Of a stretch of 64,000 nt of DNA, positions 18,566 to 26,866 are shown one piece after another. The notes under the pieces are model-generated. The model was not told the DNA's origin. It did not search any database and saw only the letters and a program-made list of their open reading frames with translations. The translations under genes were made by a program, and so were the position numbers. How positions within the stretch are numbered: the stretch's first letter is position 1; each line of letters opens with the position of its first letter. Source of the DNA: Bacillota bacterium (GTDB lineage Bacteria; Bacillota; Limnochordia; Limnochordales; DUMU01); contig DUMU01000005.1 in NCBI GenBank assembly GCA_012839805.1, forward strand, positions 31,807 through 95,806, read 5' to 3'.

Positions 18566-19309
18566 ATGGATTTGTCGTCGTGGGAGGGGGGCCTCATCGT
18601 CTCCTGCCAGGCTCCGGCGGGTGATCCACTCCATGATCCGGCCATCATGGCGGCCATGGCCCGGGCCGCCGAGCTGGGGGGGGCGGTAGGGATCAGGGCC
18701 AATGGGCCGGAGGACATCGCGGCCATCCGTAAGGCGGTGGGGTTGCCAATCATCGGTATCTTCAAACAGAAGCTGGAGGGCTTTCCGGTGTACATCACCC
18801 CGACACTGGCGGCGGCCCGGGCAGTAGTGGAGGCGGGGGCGGACATCGTGGCGATCGACGCCACGCCCCGGCGTCGCCCGGGGGGATGGACGGCGCCGGA
18901 ACTCATCGACGCGATTCACCGGGAGCTCAAAGTACCGGTGATGGCTGACATCTCCACTTTCGCCGAGGGACTGGCGGCCGCACGCGCCGGGGCTGACCTG
19001 GTGGCAACCACTCTGTCGGGTTATACCGAAGAAAGTTTGACCGGGGCGGCTCCTCTTCAGGGGCCTGACCTGGATCTCGTCAGGCAGCTTGCGAGTTCGG
19101 TTTCGGTGCCCGTGATTTGCGAAGGACGGGTTCATTCGCCGGCCGACCTGGTAGCAGCGCTGGAGGCAGGCGCGTTCGCAGTGGTGGTGGGGACCGCGAT
19201 CACCCGTCCGCAATGGATCACGGAGCAGTTCGTGCTCGCCTCCCGCCAGCGAAAAGGGGGAATGGGATCCGAAGTGAGGGAGAAGGAGCCGGTCGCCCGA
19301 AACCGGTAG
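18566..19309 (+). CDS. nanE: N-acetylmannosamine-6-phosphate 2-epimerase
   Basis: GLIVSCQA...GIRANG...DAT motifs typical of NanE. GAGGGAAGGA RBS. Confidence 0.8.
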   Translation: MDLSSWEGGLIVSCQAPAGDPLHDPAIMAAMARAAELGGAVGIRANGPEDIAAIRKAVGLPIIGIFKQKLEGFPVYITPTLAAARAVVEAGADIVAIDATPRRRPGGWTAPELIDAIHRELKVPVMADISTFAEGLAAARAGADLVATTLSGYTEESLTGAAPLQGPDLDLVRQLASSVSVPVICEGRVHSPADLVAALEAGAFAVVVGTAITRPQWITEQFVLASRQRKGGMGSEVREKEPVARNR

Positions 19310-19390
19310 CAAGCACGCCGCCCAACACCCTTACGCAGGTTCGGAACGGAAACGAAGGAAGCAGCGAAGGAGCGAAGGAGGCAACCGAAC

Positions 19391-20233
19391 GTGGAACTAG
19401 CCGTGAGCATGTGGAGCCTGCATCGGTACTGGTATGCCAAGGAGATGGACGTACTTGGTTTCCTTGCCTTTGCGAAAGAGGCGGGGGTCAGCCGCGTGGA
19501 ATTACTCAACGTCTTCTGGCGGGACTTGACGGCCGAACTACCGGCGGTCATAGAGTTCCTTTCCGATCACGGCTTACGGGTCTCCGCCTACGATGCTACC
19601 AACAATTTCGTGCAAGAAAGCGACGAGGCGCGTCAAGCCGAATTACGCCGCCTCCTGTGGGATATCGAGATTGCTCGGGCCCTTGGGGCTCCGATCGTGC
19701 GTGTCTTTTCGGGCGACGCCCGGCCCGGGATTGAGTTCGAAAAGGCCAAGGGGTGGATCGTCGAAGGCCTGCGGGCCGCTTCCCGGTATGCTGCCCGGCG
19801 TGGTATCGTGCTGGCGCTGGAAAATCATGGGCTGTTTGCGGGCCGTTCGGAGCAAGTAGAGGAGATATTGGACCAGGTGGGGTCGCCGGCATTGATGGCC
19901 AATCTGGACACTGCCAACTTCCTCCTGGTAGACGATGACCCTCTCGCGGCTACCCGGCGCCTGGCTTCTCGTACCGGTAATGTCCACTTGAAGGATTTTC
20001 GGGAAGTTGCCCCGGACGACCAGGGGCCGGCGTACAGCTCCCGTTCGGGCAAGCGGTTCAAAGGAACCATAGCCGGACAGGGTCAGGTTCCCATCCGGGA
20101 GATCGTTGCCGAACTGAAGAAGGCAGGATATCGGGGGGCACTTTCCATAGAATTCGAAGGAAGGGAAGAGCCGAAAGCCGGGACGATGGAGAGCCTGCGG
20201 GCGCTTGAGCGCTTGGTGGCCGAAATGGCTTGA
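19391..20233 (+). CDS. Sugar phosphate isomerase/epimerase (xylose-isomerase-like TIM barrel)
   Basis: AP-endonuclease-2/TIM-barrel pattern (LALENH...DTANF...HLKD...SIEFEG). Confidence 0.7.
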   Translation: MELAVSMWSLHRYWYAKEMDVLGFLAFAKEAGVSRVELLNVFWRDLTAELPAVIEFLSDHGLRVSAYDATNNFVQESDEARQAELRRLLWDIEIARALGAPIVRVFSGDARPGIEFEKAKGWIVEGLRAASRYAARRGIVLALENHGLFAGRSEQVEEILDQVGSPALMANLDTANFLLVDDDPLAATRRLASRTGNVHLKDFREVAPDDQGPAYSSRSGKRFKGTIAGQGQVPIREIVAELKKAGYRGALSIEFEGREEPKAGTMESLRALERLVAEMA

Positions 20234-20278
20234 CGGGCGTCTTGGCGACTGAGTACTGAACGGTAGGGGGGAATCCGG

Positions 20279-21160
20279 GTGGCGGTCGCGGGTGGATCGT
20301 CGACGGATGAGGAGGCAAGAAGGACGGGGCTGGCGGGGATTCGCTCCGTTTATCCGTCCTTGGCGCCGGCCGAGCAAAAGGTGGCCTATTATGTTCTCGA
20401 GCACCCGGAGGAGGTGATCTACGCGTCCGTTACGCAGCTGGCGGAGGCCTGTGGGGTTGGGGAGTCCACCATCATCCGGTTTTGCCAATCGGTGGGCTTC
20501 CGGGGCTACCAGGACTTGAAACTGGCCTTGGCCATGCAGCAGCGGGAGGCACCGGGGACGATTCAGGAAGACATCCAGCCCGATGACCCCCTGCCGCTGG
20601 TCATCGAGAAGGTTAGTTATGCGAACGTTCAGATCATTCGTGACACGGCTCGCATGGTGGATGCCGGCGCTCTGGAGCGGGCCATCGATACGCTGGTTCG
20701 AGCCCGCCGGGTAGAGTTCTACGGGGTGGGGGCTTCCGGGGTGACGGCGCTGGATGCCAAATACAAATTCCTCCGGATTGGCTTTGTCTGCGATGCGTAC
20801 GTCGATTCCCACCTGCAGGCCATGTCGGCGGCCACTTTGCAGCCCGGTGATGTGGCGGTGGGCATCTCTCACTCCGGCAGCACCAAGGATGTGGTGGACT
20901 CCTGCCGGGTGGCGGCCCGGGCCGGCGCCACCGTGATTGCCATTACCGATTACAAACGCGCGCCTATCACCGAGGTGGCCCACATCACCCTGCTCACCGC
21001 CTGTCGTGAGAAGCCTCTGGGCAGCGGGACCCTCCGGTCGAAGATAGCTCAGATTCACGTGCTGGATCTACTCTGGACGGGGGTCGCGCTACGGCTGGGA
21101 GAACGCGCGCTGGAGTATACACGCAAGACCGCGGAGGCGGTGGTAGACAAGCTGTATTGA
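20279..21160 (+). CDS. MurR/RpiR-family transcriptional regulator (HTH plus SIS)
   Basis: N-terminal HTH_6-like region (AEQKVAYYVLEHPEEV...SVTQLAEACGVGESTIIRFC) and a C-terminal SIS domain (FYGVGASG...SHSGSTKD). Confidence 0.85.
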   Translation: MAVAGGSSTDEEARRTGLAGIRSVYPSLAPAEQKVAYYVLEHPEEVIYASVTQLAEACGVGESTIIRFCQSVGFRGYQDLKLALAMQQREAPGTIQEDIQPDDPLPLVIEKVSYANVQIIRDTARMVDAGALERAIDTLVRARRVEFYGVGASGVTALDAKYKFLRIGFVCDAYVDSHLQAMSAATLQPGDVAVGISHSGSTKDVVDSCRVAARAGATVIAITDYKRAPITEVAHITLLTACREKPLGSGTLRSKIAQIHVLDLLWTGVALRLGERALEYTRKTAEAVVDKLY

Positions 21161-21169
21161 GGCCTTAGG

Positions 21170-21559
21170 TCACACCTGGCCGCCATGGGACTTGAGCAGC
21201 TCGACGGCCTGCCTCACCCGGGCCTCATCGCCATCCGCCACTACGGCGACCAGGTATGCGTGCCCACCCGGAAGATCTTTACCTCCGCCGTAGCCGCTCG
21301 CGTCGGCGGAGGCAGAGAGGAGAATCCCAGTCTCGACGTCCACGTCTTTGGCCCCGAGCGTCAGTTCGGCTAAAGATGCCAGCTGGCCGGTGGCGGGATG
21401 GCGAAGGCGGGGGGAGGGAGTCGCGAGATCCGCATAACGGCTGAACTGGTCTACCTGGATCTCCGAGAAGCCGGCCTGCCGCAGCGCTGACGCGGCGGCC
21501 TCCGCTTTCTCGGGCGAGCCGAAGTAAGCCAGGATCGAACGACCGTTCAGTTGCATCAT
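21170..21559 (-). CDS. Hypothetical protein (129 aa)
   Basis: ORF with coding-like composition. I do not recognise a family. Confidence 0.45.
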   Translation of the reverse strand: MMQLNGRSILAYFGSPEKAEAAASALRQAGFSEIQVDQFSRYADLATPSPRLRHPATGQLASLAELTLGAKDVDVETGILLSASADASGYGGGKDLPGGHAYLVAVVADGDEARVRQAVELLKSHGGQV

Positions 21560-21619
21560 GACACCCCTTGGCGATTCTACCCGCGCGGGGGTGGCAACAT
21601 GCAGGCTACGGGTCGTCCG

Positions 21620-22225
21620 TCACTTACCGGATCGTACCAGCTGGAAGCGTGCCGGTTGGGTAGCGGCCCAGGGACTGGTGGTCAGGGCGGCCTGTACCCA
21701 GTATTCCCCGGGCGGTGCGGGCTCTCCGTCGTTACGCCGCCCGTCCCAGACGGCCGTATAAACCAGGAGCTGGCCCGGTCCGGCCGTCATCTCGCCGATC
21801 ATCTGGATGAAGGCCCGGGAATGGCTCCAGCGCCAGATCTCGTTACCCTTCCGGTCAAAGACGATGAAGTCGTATCGCTGGCCGGTGGAGAAAGTCAGCT
21901 TTACCGGGTCGGAGGCCGTGTTGAGCACCGCGAGCGTAAAAACGGGCCAGCGGGCACCGTCGGGGAGCCGGATTTCCGCCGTGGCCACGGCGCGACTCAG
22001 TTGCGGCCAGCTGGGGATAGCAGCGGCAAGCGGGCTCACCGGCATCTCCTCCTCGGGAACCCCGGGTGACTCCTCTACCGCCGCCGGCAACTCCGTCCCG
22101 GTCAGGGCGCGTGCCAGGTGAAGGCCGAAAGGCAGGATGGCCACGATGGCGGCCACGCTCGCGAGGAACAGCAGGGCCCCCTTTAAGAAATATCCACGGC
22201 CGCGGGAAGCAAGCACCAGGAACAC
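21620..22225 (-). CDS. Membrane-anchored BsuPI-like intracellular proteinase inhibitor domain protein
   Basis: N-terminal TM segment. C-terminal FSTGQRYDFIVFD..G.EIWRWS....F......L.PG....Y...W resembles the BsuPI fold family (from memory). Confidence 0.55.
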   Translation of the reverse strand: MFLVLASRGRGYFLKGALLFLASVAAIVAILPFGLHLARALTGTELPAAVEESPGVPEEEMPVSPLAAAIPSWPQLSRAVATAEIRLPDGARWPVFTLAVLNTASDPVKLTFSTGQRYDFIVFDRKGNEIWRWSHSRAFIQMIGEMTAGPGQLLVYTAVWDGRRNDGEPAPPGEYWVQAALTTSPWAATQPARFQLVRSGK

Positions 22226-22230
22226 CCCTC

Positions 22231-23007
22231 TCAGAGTATAGCCTCCGGCGGATCAGGCGGGAAGGGGTGCCAGGAGGGGTCATCCAGGTCGAGTCCGCTC
22301 TCAGCCAGGAGGCCGGGGAGCGCTGATAGGTTCGGCACGCGGCGACCGGGCCAGCCCTCCGCCTCGGCCAGCCCCTCCCCGTCCAGCTGCAGAGCGGCCA
22401 CTTGCGCCCGGTTGGCGCCGAGGACGTCGATGTGGTAGAAGTCGCCCACGTAAAGGGCCTGGGTGGGTGCAAGCCCCAGACGGGAAAGGGCGCGGCGGAA
22501 AAGGCGGGGATCCGGTTTGGCGAAGCCTTCGACCGCCGAATCGATCACCAGGTCGAAAAAGTCCCGCAGTCCTGCGTTCTTCAACACCGCTTCCACGCGG
22601 CCGTCGGAATTGGAGACTACCGACATCCGGTAGCCGGCCGCCGCCAGCTCCTTAAGTGCCGGCACCACCCAGTTCCCGGTGAAAGTCCAGATATTCCGGG
22701 TGAGGTTGATCTCCTCCACTTCCCGGAGGATTTGCTCTATTGCTTCGGGCGGAACGGTGATTCGCCGGAGCATCTCCCGGTAAATGAAGTAGTCGGCATC
22801 GTATGGTACCGGCTCACCGGCGAGTGCCCGCCCGAGCAGCACGTCCAGGGAATGGGTAGCGTGGAGGAACGCACGGTGAAGCTCGGCCACCGATGGTATG
22901 CGGCCGGTTATCTCGTTTACCAAATGGGCAAAGAAGGGAAAGTCGGGGAAGACGAGAGTTCCGCCGGCATCCAAAAGGAGATAGACTTTCTCGTCAACTT
23001 TCGGCAT
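22231..23007 (-). CDS. HAD-superfamily hydrolase
   Basis: LLDAGGTL (DxG/DxD motif I), VVSNSD (motif II) and YVGDFYHIDVLGA (motif IV). ATG at 23007. Last gene of the gal operon. Confidence 0.75.
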   Translation of the reverse strand: MPKVDEKVYLLLDAGGTLVFPDFPFFAHLVNEITGRIPSVAELHRAFLHATHSLDVLLGRALAGEPVPYDADYFIYREMLRRITVPPEAIEQILREVEEINLTRNIWTFTGNWVVPALKELAAAGYRMSVVSNSDGRVEAVLKNAGLRDFFDLVIDSAVEGFAKPDPRLFRRALSRLGLAPTQALYVGDFYHIDVLGANRAQVAALQLDGEGLAEAEGWPGRRVPNLSALPGLLAESGLDLDDPSWHPFPPDPPEAIL

Positions 23008-24016
23008 CTCTCGTCCTCCTCGCCGCCCCCGGGCGGCGCTTTTCCCAAGCCCAGGCGGTGGCCAGGATGGCATCGAGGCCCAAGCGTGGCTGCCACCCCA
23101 GTTCCTGGCGGATGCGGGCAGAACTCGCCACCAGCATGGCCGGGTCTCCCGGGCGGCGCGGGAGCTCCCGGATGGTGAGGGGCTTACCGACTACCTTCTC
23201 GGCGGCCGCTACGATTTCCCGCACGGAGTAGCCTTTCTCCGAGCCCAGGTTGTAGACCCGTGTGAAGGCTTCGGTGGAAGTGAGCAAAGCTCGTAAAGCA
23301 AGGAGATGGGCGTCGATGAGGTCGGTCACGTGGATATAGTCCCGGATGCAAGTGCCATCCGGGGTCGGATAGTCGGTGCCGAAGATTTCTACGGGCTGGT
23401 CGCCCGCGGCCGCGCGCAGTACACGGGGGATCAGGTGAGTTTCCGGGTCGTGCCGCTCGCCGGCCCGGCCCTGGGGGTCGGCGCCGGCGACGTTGAAATA
23501 ACGCAGGGAAACGTAGCGCAAGCCCCGCGCCCGGGCCAGGCTTTCCAGAACAAACTCGAAGCTCAGCTTGGACATGCCATAAGGGTTGGTGGGACGGGTG
23601 GGGTGGTCTTCGGGAATGGGGACGACGGCCGGTTCGCCGTAGACCGCGGCGGTGCTGGAGAAGATGAAAAGGTTGACCCCGCTGTCCAGCAACGCTTCTA
23701 CCAGTTCCAGCCCTTGCACGGTGTTATTGCGAAAATAGAGCGCGGGCTGCGCTACCGATTCCGCCACCTGCGCCAGGGCCGCGAAGTGCATGACGGCCTG
23801 CACTCCATACCGCCGCACCGTTTCCTGAACCGTCTTCCTATCGCCCACGTCCGCCTGCACCAGCGGCACCCCGCGGAACGCTTCTCCCGTGAGGGCGTCC
23901 GCGAACCCCCGGCTGAGGTTGTCGTAAACCACCACGTCAAACCCGGCCGCCCGTAAGGCAAGCACCGCATGGCTTCCAATGTAGCCGGCGCCACCGGTGA
24001 CCATCACCGTCGTCAT
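22994..24016 (-). CDS. galE: UDP-glucose 4-epimerase
   Basis: VMVTGGAGYIGSH Rossmann motif and YGMSK catalytic motif. Internal ATG at 24016 with a GAAGAGGTGA RBS. Confidence 0.92.
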   Translation of the reverse strand: MTTVMVTGGAGYIGSHAVLALRAAGFDVVVYDNLSRGFADALTGEAFRGVPLVQADVGDRKTVQETVRRYGVQAVMHFAALAQVAESVAQPALYFRNNTVQGLELVEALLDSGVNLFIFSSTAAVYGEPAVVPIPEDHPTRPTNPYGMSKLSFEFVLESLARARGLRYVSLRYFNVAGADPQGRAGERHDPETHLIPRVLRAAAGDQPVEIFGTDYPTPDGTCIRDYIHVTDLIDAHLLALRALLTSTEAFTRVYNLGSEKGYSVREIVAAAEKVVGKPLTIRELPRRPGDPAMLVASSARIRQELGWQPRLGLDAILATAWAWEKRRPGAARRTRDAES

Positions 24017-24029
24017 CTCGTTCACCTCT

Positions 24030-25226
24030 TCACTCCAGAATCCGGGCGCCGTCGGCAGCCTGGCAGACGTAAACTTCCGGCTCTCCTGAAAGGGCCCAGG
24101 TTGCCTGCTCCCGGTAGGCGGGGAGCACTTGCGCGAGGAACTGGGGAACGGCTTCCGCATGCACCAGACTCACCGTGCAGCCGCCGAAACCCGCTCCGGT
24201 CATCCGGGAGCCGAGAACTCCGGGCACGCGGCGGGCGAGCTCGACCATGAGGTCGAGGCCGGGGGCGGAGACCTCGAAGAGGTCCCGGAGACTTGCATGC
24301 GAAGCATTCAGAAGATGCCCGAACCTTTCCCAGTCTGCCTGCTCCAGGGCGGCTACCGCTTGCAGTACCCGTTCGTTCTCCTTCACCACGTGCTCTACCC
24401 GCCGCCGCACCGGCTCGGGCAGGCGGTCGCGGAATCGTTCGAAGAGGGAGGGGGTGACATCCCGCAGTTCCCTGACACCCGGCTCGAACTGCTGGAGGAT
24501 CCGAACTCCTTCTTCGCATTGGGCTCGGCGTTCATTGTAAGCAGAGTCTACGAGCTCGCGAGCCACGGCGGTATTGGCGATCACGATGCGGAATTTATCA
24601 CCCGGTAAAGGTACCCAGCGATGTTCGAGGGAACGGCAGTCCAGGAGCAGCGCCGTACCCTGCTTGCCCAGGCGGGAGATGAACTGGTCCATGATGCCGC
24701 AGTTCACGCCCACGAACCGGTTCTCCGCCCGCTGGCAAAGGAGCGCCATTTCCGGCCCCTCCATGGAGAAACTGAAAAGAGCCTGTAGCAGCAGTGCGGT
24801 AGCTACCTCCAGCGCGGCCGAGGAGGAAAGGCCTGCCCCTTGCGGTACGTTGCCGGTAAGGGCGGCCTCGAAACCTCCCACCTCAATTCCCCGTTCTTGC
24901 AACGCCCAAACCACGCCGTAAACGTAACGGCTCCAGGTGGGCCGGGCCCGGCGGTCCAAGGCATCGACGGGCGAGGACGCTTCTTCCTGGTAGTCGAGGG
25001 AATAGAGGCGGATCTGCCCGTCGCTCCGGCGACGGCCGATCATCAGGACGTCCCGGTCGATGGCCACCGGCAGGACGAACCCGCCGTTATAGTCCGTATG
25101 TTCACCGATCAGGTTGACCCGGCCGGGGGCGCGTACCACCCGTGTCCGGCCGGCGGCTCCTGAACCGAAATGGCGTTCAAACTCCTCACGAAGATGGGAG
25201 AGGCGAGAGTTGTCCACGGTTGTCAC
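24030..25226 (-). CDS. galK: Galactokinase
   Basis: GRVNLIGEHTDYNGG signature and GHMP motif GAGLSSSAA. Confidence 0.93.
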   Translation of the reverse strand: MTTVDNSRLSHLREEFERHFGSGAAGRTRVVRAPGRVNLIGEHTDYNGGFVLPVAIDRDVLMIGRRRSDGQIRLYSLDYQEEASSPVDALDRRARPTWSRYVYGVVWALQERGIEVGGFEAALTGNVPQGAGLSSSAALEVATALLLQALFSFSMEGPEMALLCQRAENRFVGVNCGIMDQFISRLGKQGTALLLDCRSLEHRWVPLPGDKFRIVIANTAVARELVDSAYNERRAQCEEGVRILQQFEPGVRELRDVTPSLFERFRDRLPEPVRRRVEHVVKENERVLQAVAALEQADWERFGHLLNASHASLRDLFEVSAPGLDLMVELARRVPGVLGSRMTGAGFGGCTVSLVHAEAVPQFLAQVLPAYREQATWALSGEPEVYVCQAADGARILE

Positions 25227-25247
25227 GGGCCGACCCCTTTCTGGTTC

Positions 25248-26246
25248 TCACTCATCCGGCAGTTCGGCGACGGAATGCGGGAAGAGTTCACGCAATTCGG
25301 CCGCCTTCTCTTCGGGAAGCGTATCGTTGATGAAGGTTCCCGCCCCCGATTCGCAGCCGGCGAGATACTTTAGCTTGGTGGCCGTCCGGTGGGGCGGGTA
25401 GAACTCGACGTGGAAGTGATAACCCGGATGCGGCTCTCCGTCGGTAGGTGTTTGGTGCATGATCATCATGTAAGGCAGGGAGAAACCGAAAAGGTTGTCA
25501 TACTTCTGGGTGACCACCTTCAGCATCGCGGCGAGATCATCACTCTCCTGCTCTTGGATCTCGGCCAGGCTCCCGAAATGGCGGCGGGGCAGGATGTGTA
25601 CCTCGTACGGGTAGCGGGCGGCAAAAGGTATAAGAGCTACGAAATGGTCGCTGGTGGCGACGATGCGCCGGCCGTCGGCCAGGTCACGACGCAGGAGGTC
25701 GCAGAGGAGGCAGCGGCCGTGCTGATGCCAGTAATCGGCCGAGGCGGCCAGTTCGGTTGCCGGGCGCGGCGGAATGAAAGGGAAAGCGTAAATCTGCCCG
25801 TGGGGATGCTCCAGAGTGACACCGATTACGTCGCCTTTGTTCTCGAAAATGAGGACGTAGCGGACGAAAGAACGGCTCCCCAGCTCCCGGTAGCGGTCCG
25901 TCCAGACCTTGACCAGGCGGCGAAGCCGGGAGAGGGGGGATTGGGCAAGGCTCCCTTTGTGTTCGGGGGAGTACAATACTACCTCGCAGATCCCGTCCGA
26001 AGGGGCGACGGGCGTAAGCTCGTCGCCGGCCACGGCGGGCTCGGGGGGTTGCCGAAGGAACGAAGGGAACTTGTTTTCAAAGACGACGATGTCGTAAGTG
26101 GGCTCCGGGACTTCGGTGGGAAATGCCCCGGGCCGGGTCGGGCAAAGGGGGCAGAAATCGGCCGGGGGCTTGTAGGTACGTTCCTGGCGATGGGTGGCAG
26201 TAACCACCCACTCGCGAGAGAGGGGGTTCCAGCGTAGTTCAGACAC
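25248..26246 (-). CDS. galT: Galactose-1-phosphate uridylyltransferase (HIT-type, HPH active site)
   Basis: CPLCP zinc motif and HPHGQIYAFP active site. GTG start at 26246. Confidence 0.9.
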   Translation of the reverse strand: MSELRWNPLSREWVVTATHRQERTYKPPADFCPLCPTRPGAFPTEVPEPTYDIVVFENKFPSFLRQPPEPAVAGDELTPVAPSDGICEVVLYSPEHKGSLAQSPLSRLRRLVKVWTDRYRELGSRSFVRYVLIFENKGDVIGVTLEHPHGQIYAFPFIPPRPATELAASADYWHQHGRCLLCDLLRRDLADGRRIVATSDHFVALIPFAARYPYEVHILPRRHFGSLAEIQEQESDDLAAMLKVVTQKYDNLFGFSLPYMMIMHQTPTDGEPHPGYHFHVEFYPPHRTATKLKYLAGCESGAGTFINDTLPEEKAAELRELFPHSVAELPDE

Positions 26247-26541
26247 GGTGAGGTCCCTTCTCGTCGGTAGGTTTAGGTATATTAACCGCGGGCGACGTGA
26301 CCACTTCAGCGGCTTGGGCCCCTTGGTTCATCCGGACCGGCTCGACCCCGGACGTGGGTCGGGTTGTCGATTCGGTCTGCTCGTCTTCGGCAGAGTAGAA
26401 AACAATGTAGCGGCCGTCGGGTTTGATCCGCCGTTCCTTGCGTAGTCCGGGCGGTGGGGAGATGGTGACGGCCGGTTCAGCGCCCCGGTCGGCAGTGCCG
26501 GCGCGGGCGTTACCGCTGGTGTTCGCGTTTTCGACTCGCAT
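26239..26541 (-). CDS. Small upstream ORF resembling the N-terminal extension of actinobacterial-type GalT (possibly a frameshifted or split 5' part of galT)
   Basis: Contains RRIKPDGRYIVFYS (compare the ADGRELIYYD-type N-terminus of long GalT, from memory). It ends in an 8-nt overlap with the galT start in a different frame. ATG at 26541 after GGAAGAGGG. Confidence 0.4.
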   Translation of the reverse strand: MRVENANTSGNARAGTADRGAEPAVTISPPPGLRKERRIKPDGRYIVFYSAEDEQTESTTRPTSGVEPVRMNQGAQAAEVVTSPAVNIPKPTDEKGPHRV

Positions 26542-26585
26542 CCGAACCCTCTTCCTGTGTGGTACTGGTGTGGTGCTGGTTGCGC

Positions 26586-26655
26586 TTTGAACTCTGGGAC
26601 TCAACATTTCGCCGGGCCAGCCCTGTTACCCTGCTCAGAGTCGGGTTTGAACTCT
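26586..26655. repeat. Two exact copies of TTTGAACTCT, 60 nt apart, in the gal/pgi divergent region
   Basis: Copies at 26586-26595 and 26646-26655, read directly from the sequence. Confidence 0.9.
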
Positions 26656-26866
26656 AATCTTGCGAGAGGCGAGGTATTATCGGCCCGGGGAAGGAGTCGG
26701 TCGCCTGCCGGCGAAACGAAGGGAAGCATGTGCGCATCAAGAAGGCGAGGCTATGGTCGGAGATCGCGGGGTGTCCCCGGCCCGTCCTGCTGCCCGGACC
26801 CCGGGCTTTCGCCGCGGGGCAGTTGATCACTGGCGAAAGGGAGTCTACCAGGAGGTTGACGGGGAG

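Noticed and set aside
19643-21058. 471-aa minus-strand ORF spanning the TIM-barrel and RpiR genes (similar cases: 1120-2175, 6021-7022, 18182-19312, 40703-41686, 2836-3822, 58257-59210)
   Set aside because: Each overlaps confidently identified genes on the other strand and crosses gene boundaries. These are typical shadow ORFs of high-GC genomes.
24017-24160. N-terminal extensions in the track for galE (to 24160), pgi (from 26660), lipA (from 33522), rubrerythrin (to 14421) and rlmI-like (from 16979)
   Set aside because: In every case an internal start with an RBS coincides with the conserved N-terminus of the family, and the extension overlaps the neighbouring gene.
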